DNA of 53,420 nt, the filler included, from Basidiobolus ranarum (taxonomy: Eukaryota), in the NCBI GenBank assembly GCA_040143965.1. It is 3 parts of 3 records of this genome, joined end to end, with 100 filler letters (N's around TTAATTAATTAA, not from the genome) between each part and the next. Parts side by side here need not be neighbours in the genome. Positions count along the whole stretch, not along the records: positions 1 to 17,757 come from JASJQH010007168.1; positions 17,858 to 35,591 come from JASJQH010007169.1; 1 more part is not named here. One strand, written 5' to 3'. The notes beneath the pieces were generated by a model, which saw only the letters and a program-made list of their open reading frames with translations, was not told the DNA's origin and did no database searches. A program made the position numbers and the translations under genes. Below, one piece after another: positions 12,724-24,046 of the stretch (position 1 is its first letter; each line of letters begins with the position of its first letter).

Positions 12724-13705
12724 AAAGACTGGGAATGTACTATATACATAATCCTGTAAAGAACAGTCGTAATTTTTTATCGAGGCAAACCCTTCTCTTC
12801 TATAGTACCGATTTCGGAAAAAATTGATGAAAAAAAAATAGTTGGAAAATCTTTTGAGCTCATTAACATGCTACATTCCCATAATTGTACTAATAAATGT
12901 ATTATTGCTTATATATATATTTGACTGCCTTTCGTACTGTTGACTATGAAATGAATATCTACGTTCCAAAATGCCATTCCTGTGCGCATATGACAAGCGA
13001 CTGCTTGAAAACACGTAGGATGAGTCTTTTGCATAAATCATGAAAGAACCCTTAGGGTAACCCTAACCCTAACTTTTTAAATAATTAAGGAAATATATTC
13101 AGTGTTGCAGGAATACGCCGTTGTTCGTTTTGAGTACGTGTGGTAATATTTATAGTGGCCAAGGAGATATGATGTATGTAGCTAATAGTACAGGTACTAA
13201 ATTAAACCTTGAATCACTATAAATTATACTGAAAACCACAAGTTTGCCATATCTATAAAGACTGGTCATGTACTATATATATAATAATCCTATAAAGTAC
13301 AGTCGTAATTTGCTGTTGAAGCGAACGCTCTCCCTTTATAGCATTGATTTCGAAAAGATTGGTAAAAAAAAAGACCCAGAAAATATTTTGAGCTGATTAA
13401 TATCCTATATTCCCGCAATAGTACAAGCCAAAGCATTATTGTTTGTACATAAAGATTGCCGCCATTATTGCTGTAGGCGATGAAATGAATATCTATGTTC
13501 CAAGATACCATTCCTGCGCGTACATGACAAGCAACTACTTGAAAACAAGTAGGATGAGTCATTTTGCATTAACCCTAAATCATGAAATGACCCTAACCTA
13601 GTCCTTTACATGAATAATGAAATATATGAAGTTGTGAGTGCATAAGCAGTTGTAAAGCTTGGATTACTATGAATCATACCGAAAACCACGAGTTTGTGGT
13701 ATCTG
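12724..13705. repeat. Diverged tandem duplication (unit about 530 bp)
   Basis: Collinear shared blocks aaagactgg..atgtactatata, cagtcgtaattt, ttttgagct.attaa, atgaaatgaatatcta.gttccaa, gtaggatgagtc and gaaaaccac.agtttg in units starting near 12724 and 13257. Confidence 0.85.
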
Positions 13706-15906
13706 AAAATTGCTACCTTTATATATCATTTATTAAGGCGTCTATCCGTCGGGTAGAGTGGCATCTACCTGTAACCAAAGTTTCTGAGGGGCTAGTTAGT
13801 TGGAGGATTGTGTAGCAGGTTCCTGCTAATGGTTTCGATTTAGGGCGAAGACATTGATACAGCCGAATAATTGGGAGGTGCTAAGGTTATTAAAGACTTG
13901 GGGAACGCATGAGACTGGCAACAAAGCAGCAAAAACCAAGCGCACCGGAGTAGTCAGAGGCTTGCAACTCTGAGTGAGTGGTCATAAGTAATTACTATAT
14001 TAAAGTTTGACTACCAACTATTTTCATAGTTTTATTATTTTGAATAATTAGCATTAATTATAGGAGATTGATAGTTAAATTTTTGACTAGTTGGGTTGAC
14101 GGTTTATGTATGAATAGTTAATCAGGTAAAGTTCGACAATGTTTTGCGCTAATGCTATCAAGTGTATTCAGTATATATCAAACATATAGTATATCATCAA
14201 ATCTATAGATAAATACTACTTGATTAGTTGTTGCTTATTATAGCCACTTTTGGAACTAAACAATGCATTATTTTGGGCAACAATGGTTGAAGTTTAAGAA
14301 CTCGTGATAATGTACGTTGTGTTGTTATTTACGTAACGTAAGTAACGATGGTGATATCTTGAGATATTTATACTACATATATGGACAGATTCGTTGTTGA
14401 TGTCACAGATTTACTTATTACAAAAGAATCCGTCATTGTCCTTGATGCTGATGGAAAAGTAACAAAATTGATACTTATGAAATTGTAAACCTTTAGCATA
14501 TTAGCATGCATGTATTAATGTAGATGGCGGTACAGCATACTGTCACTGGCGTGATTAACCAGGGATGAGAATTGTGACAGCTCACCTTAATAGTTTTATC
14601 TACAAAAACAGTCAAGAAATCTTAGTAGCATATGACGGTTCATAAACCAAGGTTTAATTCCTTGCTATGCTCTTTATTTGTGATCTATGTGATGCAAATA
14701 CACTAAATTCATAGCCGTTATCTTGACCCAACCTACTTACTATTCTTCACCTTGTTTTTTAGAAAATATTACTACTGATAAATGATACATAAGACTTGTT
14801 CTTGTAGACATTACCATTAGAATACGTACGCTTGGTTTACATTGATATTACCTTCACACTTGAGTAAAGACTCAGCGATGTTAACCCATTTTTCAAGTTG
14901 AATCTAATTAAACTCTAGCTTCTTAATTCTATCAGTGGAGGTTTTTGACCAAACACGATGATTTGTTATCCTGTTGCTTGTAACGGGACAACTGGATCAT
15001 AGTTCTGGGTCGGCGAACCTCCAGTGGCATTCGATTTGGATTCATCCAAGTGTGTTGTAAGTGCTCGAATAGTTGGATGGAGACGTGTCACAAGAGAATC
15101 CATGTTTGGTTGCCAAATTGACAGATCGCAAATGTTGCCATTACACAAATACCCGGCTGCGGTCCTATCACCATTCCTGAACTACTATTGGGAATAGACG
15201 CCTAGGTTGTTATAACGTACAACCAACTCCACATCAGAATATTCTAGGAGATTGAAACAGCCACTCGATTGGTCAGTTATCCATATATTTATATATCCCT
15301 AAAATTGACCGAGGCTGTGTTTCAAAACTGGGATGGCCTTAATTCCCCCACCTGGGTCGGTATTAATCCATTTTTACTCTCAAAGAGAGTTTTTTGTGTC
15401 AATTATGTGGGCATATTGGCTGAGGGCAGCTATAAACTCAAACTTCTGACATCAGCCCCATTACATTCCCTGCTTTCTCATGTGAAAGAGAGTTTGCCGC
15501 ACAGAAGTATTACCGACAAAAGAAACGAACACAAATCCTTACATGCAGAGTTCTGAATGCACTCAATGGCGCATAATGGATACGGGCTTCTCCTTTCCTG
15601 AAAAAGTATTTGATTCAATTTTCAGAGCTTTGCATAGAAATAACACTTGGGCACAAATTTCTGTACTACTTTTAGCTGCTGAATACCTGGAATAGAAACT
15701 CGTCTATTTGTTCCTGTTATGGGCGAGTAATTCTCCAACATAATTGACAGTCCAACAATGCAAGTTAAATGATAATAGAAGTCGAAAGAGCCGCCAACCA
15801 ATAAGAAATTCTACTAATAAAATCATCACCATATTGGTCAATATTGTCGGCAACCTCTTGGTGAATCATGCGCCAAACCCAACATCAAGCATTAACGCAA
15901 GTCAAG

Positions 15907-15914
15907 TATAAATA
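15907..15914 (+). promoter_or_regulatory. Putative TATA box
   Basis: TATAAATA about 45 nt upstream of the ATG at 15956. Confidence 0.45.
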
Positions 15915-15955
15915 GCACATAATGAATCCCAGGAGATTTTATCAATCAACTAATC

Positions 15956-16456
15956 ATGCTTCTCAAATCTCTCCTGTGCACTTTACTTTCCGCTGCTGCT
16001 CTTGTCAATGCAGGATTTGTAGACAGTAAAGGCAAAGATTTGCTCCACGGTAGCCGCTACTACATTGAAGAGTGTGGCGAGGGTAAAGTCAGATACTGGA
16101 ACATCAATGACAAGAAAGAGGTTTATTACTCCAGTGGGAAATTCCCCATTGCAGTATCGCTATATAGCGACAAATGGATTCAGCCTTTTGCTGCCATGGA
16201 CGGAGTTTGGACACCATTGAAAGTCAAAAAAGACAAGGGCGATCAGGAAATCCTACACTTTGACGGCAGAGGAGAGCCTCTATTCATCAGTGGTACCAGA
16301 GATGAGAAAACCAACTGTTACGAGTTATACCAGACGAAACAGAATGGGGACAAGGTGGTTGATATTAGACTTGCTGAGCATGGGCATAGTAACTTGCAAC
16401 TTGGTGGCAACAAATGGATTGCTTCGGTCAGATTTTTGTTTGCCAGTGCATATTAA
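15956..16456 (+). CDS. Small secreted protein, possible Kunitz-STI-like beta-trefoil
   Basis: Intronless 166 aa. Signal peptide ends ALVNA. Mature N-terminus FVDSKGKDLLHGSRYYI resembles the D-x-x-G-x-x-L-x5-Y-x-I Kunitz STI signature. The gene is likely real; the fold call is tentative. Confidence 0.7.
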   Translation: MLLKSLLCTLLSAAALVNAGFVDSKGKDLLHGSRYYIEECGEGKVRYWNINDKKEVYYSSGKFPIAVSLYSDKWIQPFAAMDGVWTPLKVKKDKGDQEILHFDGRGEPLFISGTRDEKTNCYELYQTKQNGDKVVDIRLAEHGHSNLQLGGNKWIASVRFLFASAY

Positions 16457-16879
16457 CAAACCAATCTATATATTCATTTTTGTGTGCTAATCTTTACACA
16501 GTAACATCATACAGCCATTAAACTTACAGTTATTTAACACCAATTTAACCTCCTTATTATGTAATTAAGAATTCATGTAGAATGACATATTGCATTTGCT
16601 GGTACTTCTCTGCATGAATTCTAATAATTTAAGCATTTTCGCACAAATTGGTTATTTAGAGTTAGTTTCGTAGTTATTAGTAATAAATACGGAGTGGTTG
16701 GGTAACTGAGAATTACTGACTACATCGAATTGTGCTGTAGAAACCTCTCTGAAAAGTTGGAAGGCTCTTGGATTAATTTCTATCCAAATACCTCTCCACA
16801 CTGACATATTTAGGGGGATGAAAAGCACCAGATGGCGTGGACTTTATTTAGCTTATTTACTAATCTAAACAAAGTGACA

Positions 16880-17370
16880 ATCATGACATCAATTTTCTAA
16901 GATATGGTGACAAAACTGGAACATATCCATACTTAACTTGATGACCAATGTAATCCAGTTCTGAGGATGTAAATATAGTGTTAAGGGGCACAGGTGGTAA
17001 GCAGAAAGGAAGATACACAGTGTAAAACAAATGGATAATAGGACAAAAACCTGGAATAATGGGGATCAAAAAAGGTGTCTTGGAGGCAAGATATTGCTTC
17101 CAAAGATCTAGCTGGAAGTCTATAGCAACAACTTTTGGCTGTTTTGTTTCATGTAGTTGTCAAGCTGATTCAGAAATAAGAGGGTTATCTTGTTTCAGTT
17201 TCCAGCATGATAGTGGATTTGAAGAAGGTGTGGCTAGCCACTTCTTGACCAGTGAATTTCTGCAGTCATTCAGTTGGAGTAAAAATCTAGCCCTCAGTAG
17301 CACTACTCTGATATGATTATTGGGACAATCTGGACTGTTTGGAGTAACTTTAGAAAAGTGGAGTTGTGAA
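16880..17370 (-). mobile_element. Degenerate non-LTR retrotransposon (LINE ORF2 post-RT region) remnant
   Basis: Minus-strand frame ...IRVVLLRARFLLQLNDCRNSLVKKWLA...SCWKLKQDNPLIS*... resembles the R..L.A.FL / W.KL...NPL region of Mucoromycota LINEs. It is interrupted by stops. Confidence 0.35.
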
Positions 17371-17757
17371 TAGCTTTGTGAGATAATTATTTATTGTCCA
17401 GAAATGAATCATTTATACATTTTGGTTGAAATTGTTGAAGTTTATTGTCTTTATCATATTTGTTATCTCTATCTTTATAAACCTAACTATTTCATATATC
17501 ACATATAAGTTAGTTAGCATTACTTAGTCAAGTATCACTTAGCTGAAAATCGGAACATATATTATATATATATGTGAATAATGTGAGAATTAGCAATTCC
17601 ATATTGGAAATTTCAAACTTGTCCAAATTGCCCCAAAGATAGCTCATTTTACTCCCACAGATGTTCTGAACACAACCCCAGTGTTAGTTTTCTGTATTTC
17701 CATCAAAAAGTATAAATGCTTTATTTCTGGACAATAAACAATTATCTCACAAAGCTA
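17371..17757. mobile_element. Non-coding element with long terminal inverted repeats (MITE-like), truncated by contig end
   Basis: 17371-17432 is the reverse complement of 17696-17757 at 56/62 nt by manual alignment. The interior is AT-rich and non-coding. Confidence 0.65.
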
Positions 17758-17857
17758 NNNNNNNNNNNNNNNNNNNNNNNNNNNNNNNNNNNNNNNNNNN
17801 NTTAATTAATTAANNNNNNNNNNNNNNNNNNNNNNNNNNNNNNNNNNNNNNNNNNNN
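17758..17857. other. Artificial contig linker/assembly gap
   Basis: N44 + TTAATTAATTAA (stops in all six frames) + N44. Confidence 0.97.
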
Positions 17858-18118
17858 AGCAGTTCTGAAGAACTCCCCACTTGGGTGATTCTTGAGATCA
17901 ACAGTATCTACAATACCTTTATCTCAGCTGACTCTGAATTCGAACTGAATCTTGAAGCCTCAGCTGTTCGGGATATTCGTCGTCAATTTCAATCCAACAA
18001 CATCCGCTTGGATATCTTCGATAGAGCGTTCAATGAAGTTCGTACACTTATGTTTAGATACACTTATCCTAGATTCATTAAGATGGGTCAAAAGAGTCTA
18101 GCTGAAACCATGATTTAA
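17858..18118 (+). CDS. 3' end of an RGS-domain protein, paralog of the 7TM-RGS gene at 22133 (5' part lost in gap)
   Basis: IYNTFISADSEFELNLEA...DIFDRAFNEVRTLMFRYTYPRFIKM aligns with IYNTFITTGSEFELNLEA...DVFDHALIEVRNLMFRYTYPRFVKM. Confidence 0.85.
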   Translation, partial: SSSEELPTWVILEINSIYNTFISADSEFELNLEASAVRDIRRQFQSNNIRLDIFDRAFNEVRTLMFRYTYPRFIKMGQKSLAETMI

Positions 18119-18749
18119 TCAACTTAATATGCACGTATTTATTACAATCTTCGAAATATTTAATCAGATAGTTAAATATGATTCATGATTACTCCATTTT
18201 ATAATCACCATAAAATTCCTAACTTGGATTGAGTTAACTAACTATAAATGGGAAAGCTATGTTTGTTTGTAAAATTATTCCAAGTAATATTTCGTCGTCC
18301 TATTCTTCTATATATTGGTTGATTTATGCCAAGTAGATGATTGGTTACTTCAAACCAAATCCCACCATTTTCTTTCCAAAGAATCCTAAAGAAATATTCA
18401 TTGTCATTATTAAAAAAAATATGCCACTGATTTCCACTCGTGATGGATTATCTGATGACGAAATCAATATCGATCAATTACCCTTCATTAAATATGCAGA
18501 TGAAAAGGAAAGAAATTAGATAATTATACTACAATAGGGAACCGATTACGACAGCGAAAACGAGGGGGGTATAGTAAATTAGAATTGATCGCGTGGGATG
18601 CGTACGTAGACCATCCCAGGGTCAATAGGAGAGCAGTAAAGTAAAATTAGATGGTAAGAAGTTCGAAAAGATATATTAAATTCATTATTCATTCTAACTT
18701 CACCAAAAATAGTTTCAATACAGTAAGCAAAAGGTGAATTTAATCCCTA

Positions 18750-19815
18750 ATGTCGGAAGAAAACCATACAGAAGTTCTTAACAGTGAACAAGGTACCAAA
18801 GTATTCATTGGTAACTTGCCTTTTCAAACTACTCAAGAACAATTGAAATCCGCTTTCGAGGGTTATGGAAATATGTAAGCTTCATCTGTTCGCTTGAAGT
18901 TGGATCTATTATTAACTTTTGTTTCTCTTGGATATTTAGTAACGAAGCTACTATTCTTACACGCGGTAAACGTTCTTTGGGTTACGGTTTTATCAACTTT
19001 GAGAAATTAGACGATGCCAAAAAAGCTGTAGGTGAAAAGGACCAATCAGAGTTAGAGGGTAGAGTTTTGAAAGTGGAACTTGCTCGTCCGATGAAGCGTG
19101 ATTCGGAACATGCTAAACAAGTTGAAAATCACACCAACGAAGGTGAGGATGACTCAGCTGACAGAAGAGGAAAGGAAGGTGCTCGTGGACGTGGAAGAGC
19201 TAGACGTGGTCGTGGTGCTGGTAGAGGTAGAGGTCGTGGCGCTAACGAGGAAGATGTTGTACTGGTAAATAATGAAAAGAAATTTAATCATATCGAATTT
19301 CCATTCATTTTATTTGATTTTAGAGCTCTAAAGCCCCCCGTCGTTTCTCTAACAAACGTGATGGTGCTACTGACTCTGCTCAAGACACTGAAAACGGTGT
19401 TGCACAAGTTAGTGAAGAACTAGGTAACCTTGATCTTTCTGAGCAATCAGTTGAAGAGGATGACAGAGCACCCAGAGCTAGACGTGGTCGTAGATTTGGC
19501 GCCAAGCCAAAGGCTCCTCTCGGTGCTCCTTCCACTCAGAGTTTATTTGTGGGCAACTTGCCTTATAGTCTCGAAGCCTCTGCTTTGGAAGGTCTATTCC
19601 CTGACACCAAAATCACCAGATCCCTGATCGTCACCTCCAAGACCGGCCGCTCCAAAGGCTTTGGATTTGTAGAGTTTGAGAAGGAAGAGGATCAAAAGAA
19701 GGTGTTGGAAGAAAACAAGGAGCTTTCTTTGGAGGGCAGGAAGCTTCTCATCAAGGTCGCTCTAGGAGATCCATTCGATTATACCAACTCCAATGAAGAG
19801 AAGGAGGAGCAATAA
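18750..19815 (+). CDS. RRM-RGG-RRM RNA-binding protein (Sbp1/Rnp24-like), 3 exons
   Basis: Exons 18750-18874, 18940-19264 and 19324-19815 with GT-AG introns give a continuous frame. RNP2 VFIGNL / LFVGNL, RNP1 LGYGFINF / KGFGFVEF, and a central RG-rich tract. Confidence 0.9.
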
Positions 19816-20282
19816 ATTCATAAGAGAATATAGCATAATAGTAGTAACGCTATGGTTATGGGGTAACTATGCCGCAGCGACGCGTTCTCGTGAAGAACAT
19901 TTTTTGATTTGGTGTACAAACAACTCGCTTAATTGTTTTTTTAGGAATTTAATTTTCCATTTGTTTCAATTCACCTATCAGATTTCCAACTCCCATAAAT
20001 AAAATGAAACATTCTCCAATCGATTCTTTTTGTTGGCAACACTGAGCCTGGCGACAACTCTGATAGTCACATTTGGTATTATTTGGACATTGTCGGGTGC
20101 CGATCAATGATCAACATGTAACCAAATGAGCTAATCGCTGGGCAATTTGAAGCGTTGTTTGAATGAACGTTTCGAAATTCAGTTTGAAGTTTCTCATGCG
20201 CAAACATAAACGCTTATAAGACTTGCTTCCTTTATTGTTCCCTTCCTCACCAACATTCCTTCTACCCTTTCGTAACATACAA

Positions 20283-21650
20283 ATGAGATGGTATATGCTG
20301 GTATTTTTGGGAAGTGCTAGTTCAGCACTTGGTACATGTAAGTATCCCATCTTCGAATAAACCAGTCCATCATTTACTCACCAATGCTATCTAAATTGCC
20401 GACAATTACACTGCATTGCTTAGTATGTGGTGGTTATGATAATATTTCATGGTAATGGTGCCTTTACATACCTTCTATTCTCTCGGTATACTGATAAAAT
20501 ATGAAAGTGGTATCAATGAGCAATGTATAGTTACCTCGAAACTACTAGGGGCGACGGGAACCTGCGCCAAGACCGGCCTGGCCTTTGGAGAGGTAACTAA
20601 AAAAGTTGAATGGTAATGTCTGTTATCCATCTTTAATGTCTTAAAGGTAGGAAGCATTTGTGATCCAACCCGAAGTAGCGTGTATACATGCGGATTAGGC
20701 TTCGATTGCATTAGAATGGGAAATGACTCACGATTCACATGCCAGAAAAACACCAACGCTGAGGGAAAAAGTGATTACCTTTAAGTGATCTATCTAGTTA
20801 TTCCATTGAGTGTCTAATCTTTTGTAACCGTTAACCCTAACCTGTCTAGTCTGTGGTGGAGAAGAGTTTCTACGATGGTAGGCTGTTCAGAATATTTCTT
20901 TTAGAGTTTGTTCCGTACTCATCAATTGGGTGATACATAGTGGCTTGGATGAAACATGTATATACGAAGATAAATCCGAATATAGTTATGGTATTTGCAA
21001 AAAATTCTCCAGGGTTGGTTTAGCGTTCATTTTGTCATGTATATGTTTCAAACGGAGCTAACACCAAGATGCCACTTTATCAGAGGACATTTACCAGAGG
21101 TAACAGTTTACCCTGTGGAGGACCACGCCAGCTAGAATGGTAGTATTTGTCTTCACTGCCATTGGCCATTCATCCCCCACAAACTTTAATGACTTCTAAT
21201 AGTGCTTTAGGTCTTGAATGCGTGAAAAAATCTCATGGAAGAGGCACATGCAGAAAACCTGGAGAGGTAAGAGATGATAGGTCACTAGTTGGATGTGGAT
21301 ATCGGAATAACGAAGTACCCCGTGTATTACAGATAGGCACGGCCTGTGGAGACTCCAACTCTATGAAATGCTCGTCAAAACTCGAGTGTGTAATAGAGTC
21401 GGGGAGTTCGGTGGGAGTATGTACTCGTAAGGGGCAGGTAAGTTAAAGTACTTCTATTCATTTCAACTTGATCATAGTTTGCTAAGGCATTTCCGATGAC
21501 TTGGAATCAATCTGTTTGTAGATGAGCACCACCTGTATCACCAATATTACGAATATCAATCTTTGCGGGAAAGGGTTGATGTGTGTGCCTAACTTGAATC
21601 CAAAGTTGCCCGGAAAATGTATGCACATCACTGATATTGCAGTAATTTAA
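20283..21650 (+). CDS. Secreted protein with six tandem 4-Cys modules, about 10 exons
   Basis: Manual splicing of short GT-AG introns gives signal peptide MRWYMLVFLGSASSALG followed by six C-x7/9-C-x5-C-x9/12-C modules (e.g. CGGYDNISCGINEQC...GTC, CGGPRQLECALGLEC...GTC), ending TAA at 21648-21650. Confidence 0.75.
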
Positions 21651-22132
21651 CTGGCATCGAGTCAGGATAGATATTAAATATGTTGCTACAAATCCATCTT
21701 AATTAAAAGGGAGCGAAGTCGGATTTTAAACACACATGATATTGAGTGTGGAGTGCAGCTTAATCTAAGATCATTTACAATGCTAAACATTTATGCGTAC
21801 CATAATCATTCTTCCTGGCTAGTGTTTACTCAAATGGTCGTGAGGACAGGGGTTTATTTGTTTATTGGCCTCTCGTTTGCAGTAAGTTTCCTATGGGATC
21901 GACTTTTCATACCAATCTTGGCCGATTTTATGGCTTACATCTCATGTAGCCCTGAACTAAAACTCTACTTTGACCGATGTAAGTTAAGTAAATACAAGCT
22001 TTCCTTACATTCGCATTGACCTTCGATGAATTCGAGTGAACTTATTCCCTTCTTCACACCTTTCCGAAATCTATAAAGGAGTTGGACAAGTATCTTTCTA
22101 GAAATCAGAATTGAAAGTTTACTTGAAACAAA

Positions 22133-23416
22133 ATGGAGTGGAACTTGCAACAGAACATCTATTACCCATTAACCATCATCTGGAATTTGATTTTAATCAT
22201 TTCAACACTTCTTTTTATATCCCAACATCACTCACCGTCCATCAGATATCGTAGCATTACGTTATCTGTTCTAATGGTCATAGCAAATTCCTTGGTCACC
22301 ACGCTTTACTTGGGTCGTGAGCCAGATGTTGAGAGGTTTCCCTGCTTTCTGAATTTATGGATTTCCTCGATCGGGATGCCGCTATGGCTAACTGCGGTTG
22401 CTGGAAGGTTCCTAAGATTGGCATTTTTGTACCATTTCAGTCAAGCTAAACTGGTTGGCAATACGAGTGGAGAGAGATACGTTGATATGGTATCTATCGA
22501 GAAGGGGAGTACCTCTGCCACCTTGATCTTGAATGAAAATTGGTATGCGAAACATCGCGAAAAGTTCACCACGAAGTTCATGGTGAAGGTGATCGCTGGG
22601 TGCATAGCTTTTCAGGTTGCTTTAACATTGATCGTACAAGCGTTCACCACAAGATTTCAAATCACTCCAAAGATGGCCACTGGTAACTGTTTAGTAGGTT
22701 GGGAATTCATCCCAGTTTGGGTTACCTCCGCGTTCTACGTATTTATATTATGCCCTATGTTTATCACTTGGGTACGTGGGGTTCAGGATGCCTATGGGAT
22801 CAAAAGAGAACTGATCGCTGATTTCACTTTGGGTGTATGTGCTTTTCTATTATACGTCGTATTTGCCGCCTTTCCTCAATTACACAGGGTTCGTCTGATA
22901 TTCCCTGCAGCTCATTGGAGTGTTGTGGCCCTAATCATTAGCCACTTTGTCAGTATCATTCTTCCAACCATATACGCATTCAAAGGAGATCCTAAGGCGG
23001 GGAAAACCACTAGTTTGGCCTCGTTTGATTCCATGGTAGAAGATCCACAACAATTTGAGGTTTTCAAAAGATTCACTCTCCGAGATTTCAGTGTGGAGAA
23101 TGCACTATTCTACGAAAGAATCATGAAATTACGAATGAAATGCCAAGATACGCCATACAACTCCGATGGTACTCTCAATACAGAATTGACCTATGAACTA
23201 ACTAACATCTATAATACATTCATCACCACTGGTTCTGAGTTCGAATTAAACCTGGAGGCTGCTACCATCAACAAGATCAAACAACGATTCCAGAGTGAGC
23301 TCCAACCAGATGTATTCGATCATGCTTTGATCGAAGTCAGGAATCTAATGTTCCGGTATACCTATCCACGATTTGTGAAAATGAATCGCAAAGCTTTGGA
23401 GGAAACCCAATTGTAA
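22133..23416 (+). CDS. 7TM receptor-RGS fusion protein (GprK/AtRGS1-like)
   Basis: Intronless 427 aa with about seven hydrophobic segments. IRYRS, FPCFL and DAYGIKRE motifs, and a C-terminal RGS box (FKRFTLRDFSVENALFY, IYNTFI..SEFELNL, VFDHA..EV..LMF..TYPRF). Confidence 0.9.
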   Translation: MEWNLQQNIYYPLTIIWNLILIISTLLFISQHHSPSIRYRSITLSVLMVIANSLVTTLYLGREPDVERFPCFLNLWISSIGMPLWLTAVAGRFLRLAFLYHFSQAKLVGNTSGERYVDMVSIEKGSTSATLILNENWYAKHREKFTTKFMVKVIAGCIAFQVALTLIVQAFTTRFQITPKMATGNCLVGWEFIPVWVTSAFYVFILCPMFITWVRGVQDAYGIKRELIADFTLGVCAFLLYVVFAAFPQLHRVRLIFPAAHWSVVALIISHFVSIILPTIYAFKGDPKAGKTTSLASFDSMVEDPQQFEVFKRFTLRDFSVENALFYERIMKLRMKCQDTPYNSDGTLNTELTYELTNIYNTFITTGSEFELNLEAATINKIKQRFQSELQPDVFDHALIEVRNLMFRYTYPRFVKMNRKALEETQL

Positions 23417-24046
23417 TGTTGTAGATTAAATCTTTCTATTTATGGATACCAATATTAATTCGCTATAAACAATGACTTTCTATACCAAGTAAGCATTTAC
23501 GGATCATAACAAGGAATCGGTTTGGTTAGGGTCATGATCAGGATTACCGTTAAGGTTAGAGACAAGGGGATAAAGGTTTCGCTTATTCATATATTCCGCA
23601 GTGATGAGAACTTTTCAAGTAGCACACAAACGGGTTAGGTCCAGTGCTTAGGGTGTTAGATAAAGCAGTTAGCACCAGTTCAATTAGTAATGGTTTGGAG
23701 AAGCCAAGTGTGAGAATATATCAAGTGAGTCACATTAGTGGGATTATTTGTTCTGCACAATATTATCGCTTTCTGTAATGGTGAAACTTCAAATGATGGT
23801 TATTTCTCCTTGGTGGTGTGATACAATCCAATTTGTGTATCTTTATGAATCGATCAACCTCAAAAGCCGGTAACAATCTGACTAATGTTGTATACATTGC
23901 CGCAAATGATCTGGAAAGACTCATGCACATGGTGTACTGTATATAAGAGGCTTCAATGGTGGGTATTCCTCCACTAACTTCCATTAAACTTTCTCCAGTG
24001 CATGAAAGTGGATTGAAACTCTACTTGTCTTCTAATTCATTGATCT

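Noticed and set aside
12724-13705. Possible CRISPR-like array
   Set aside because: Only two long diverged units; no short repeat-spacer periodicity seen anywhere in the window.
14280-15260. Exon-like fragments with splice-like signals
   Set aside because: Could not be assembled into a consistent open gene model.
17802-17813. TTAATTAATTAA palindrome (also 35636-35647)
   Set aside because: Centred in identical N44 pads; an artificial six-frame-stop linker, not biology.
20831-20842. Scattered CCCTAA/TTAGGG motifs (also 23523, 43718)
   Set aside because: One or two units only; the one at 20831 doubles as an intron branch site (ctaac). Not telomeric arrays.
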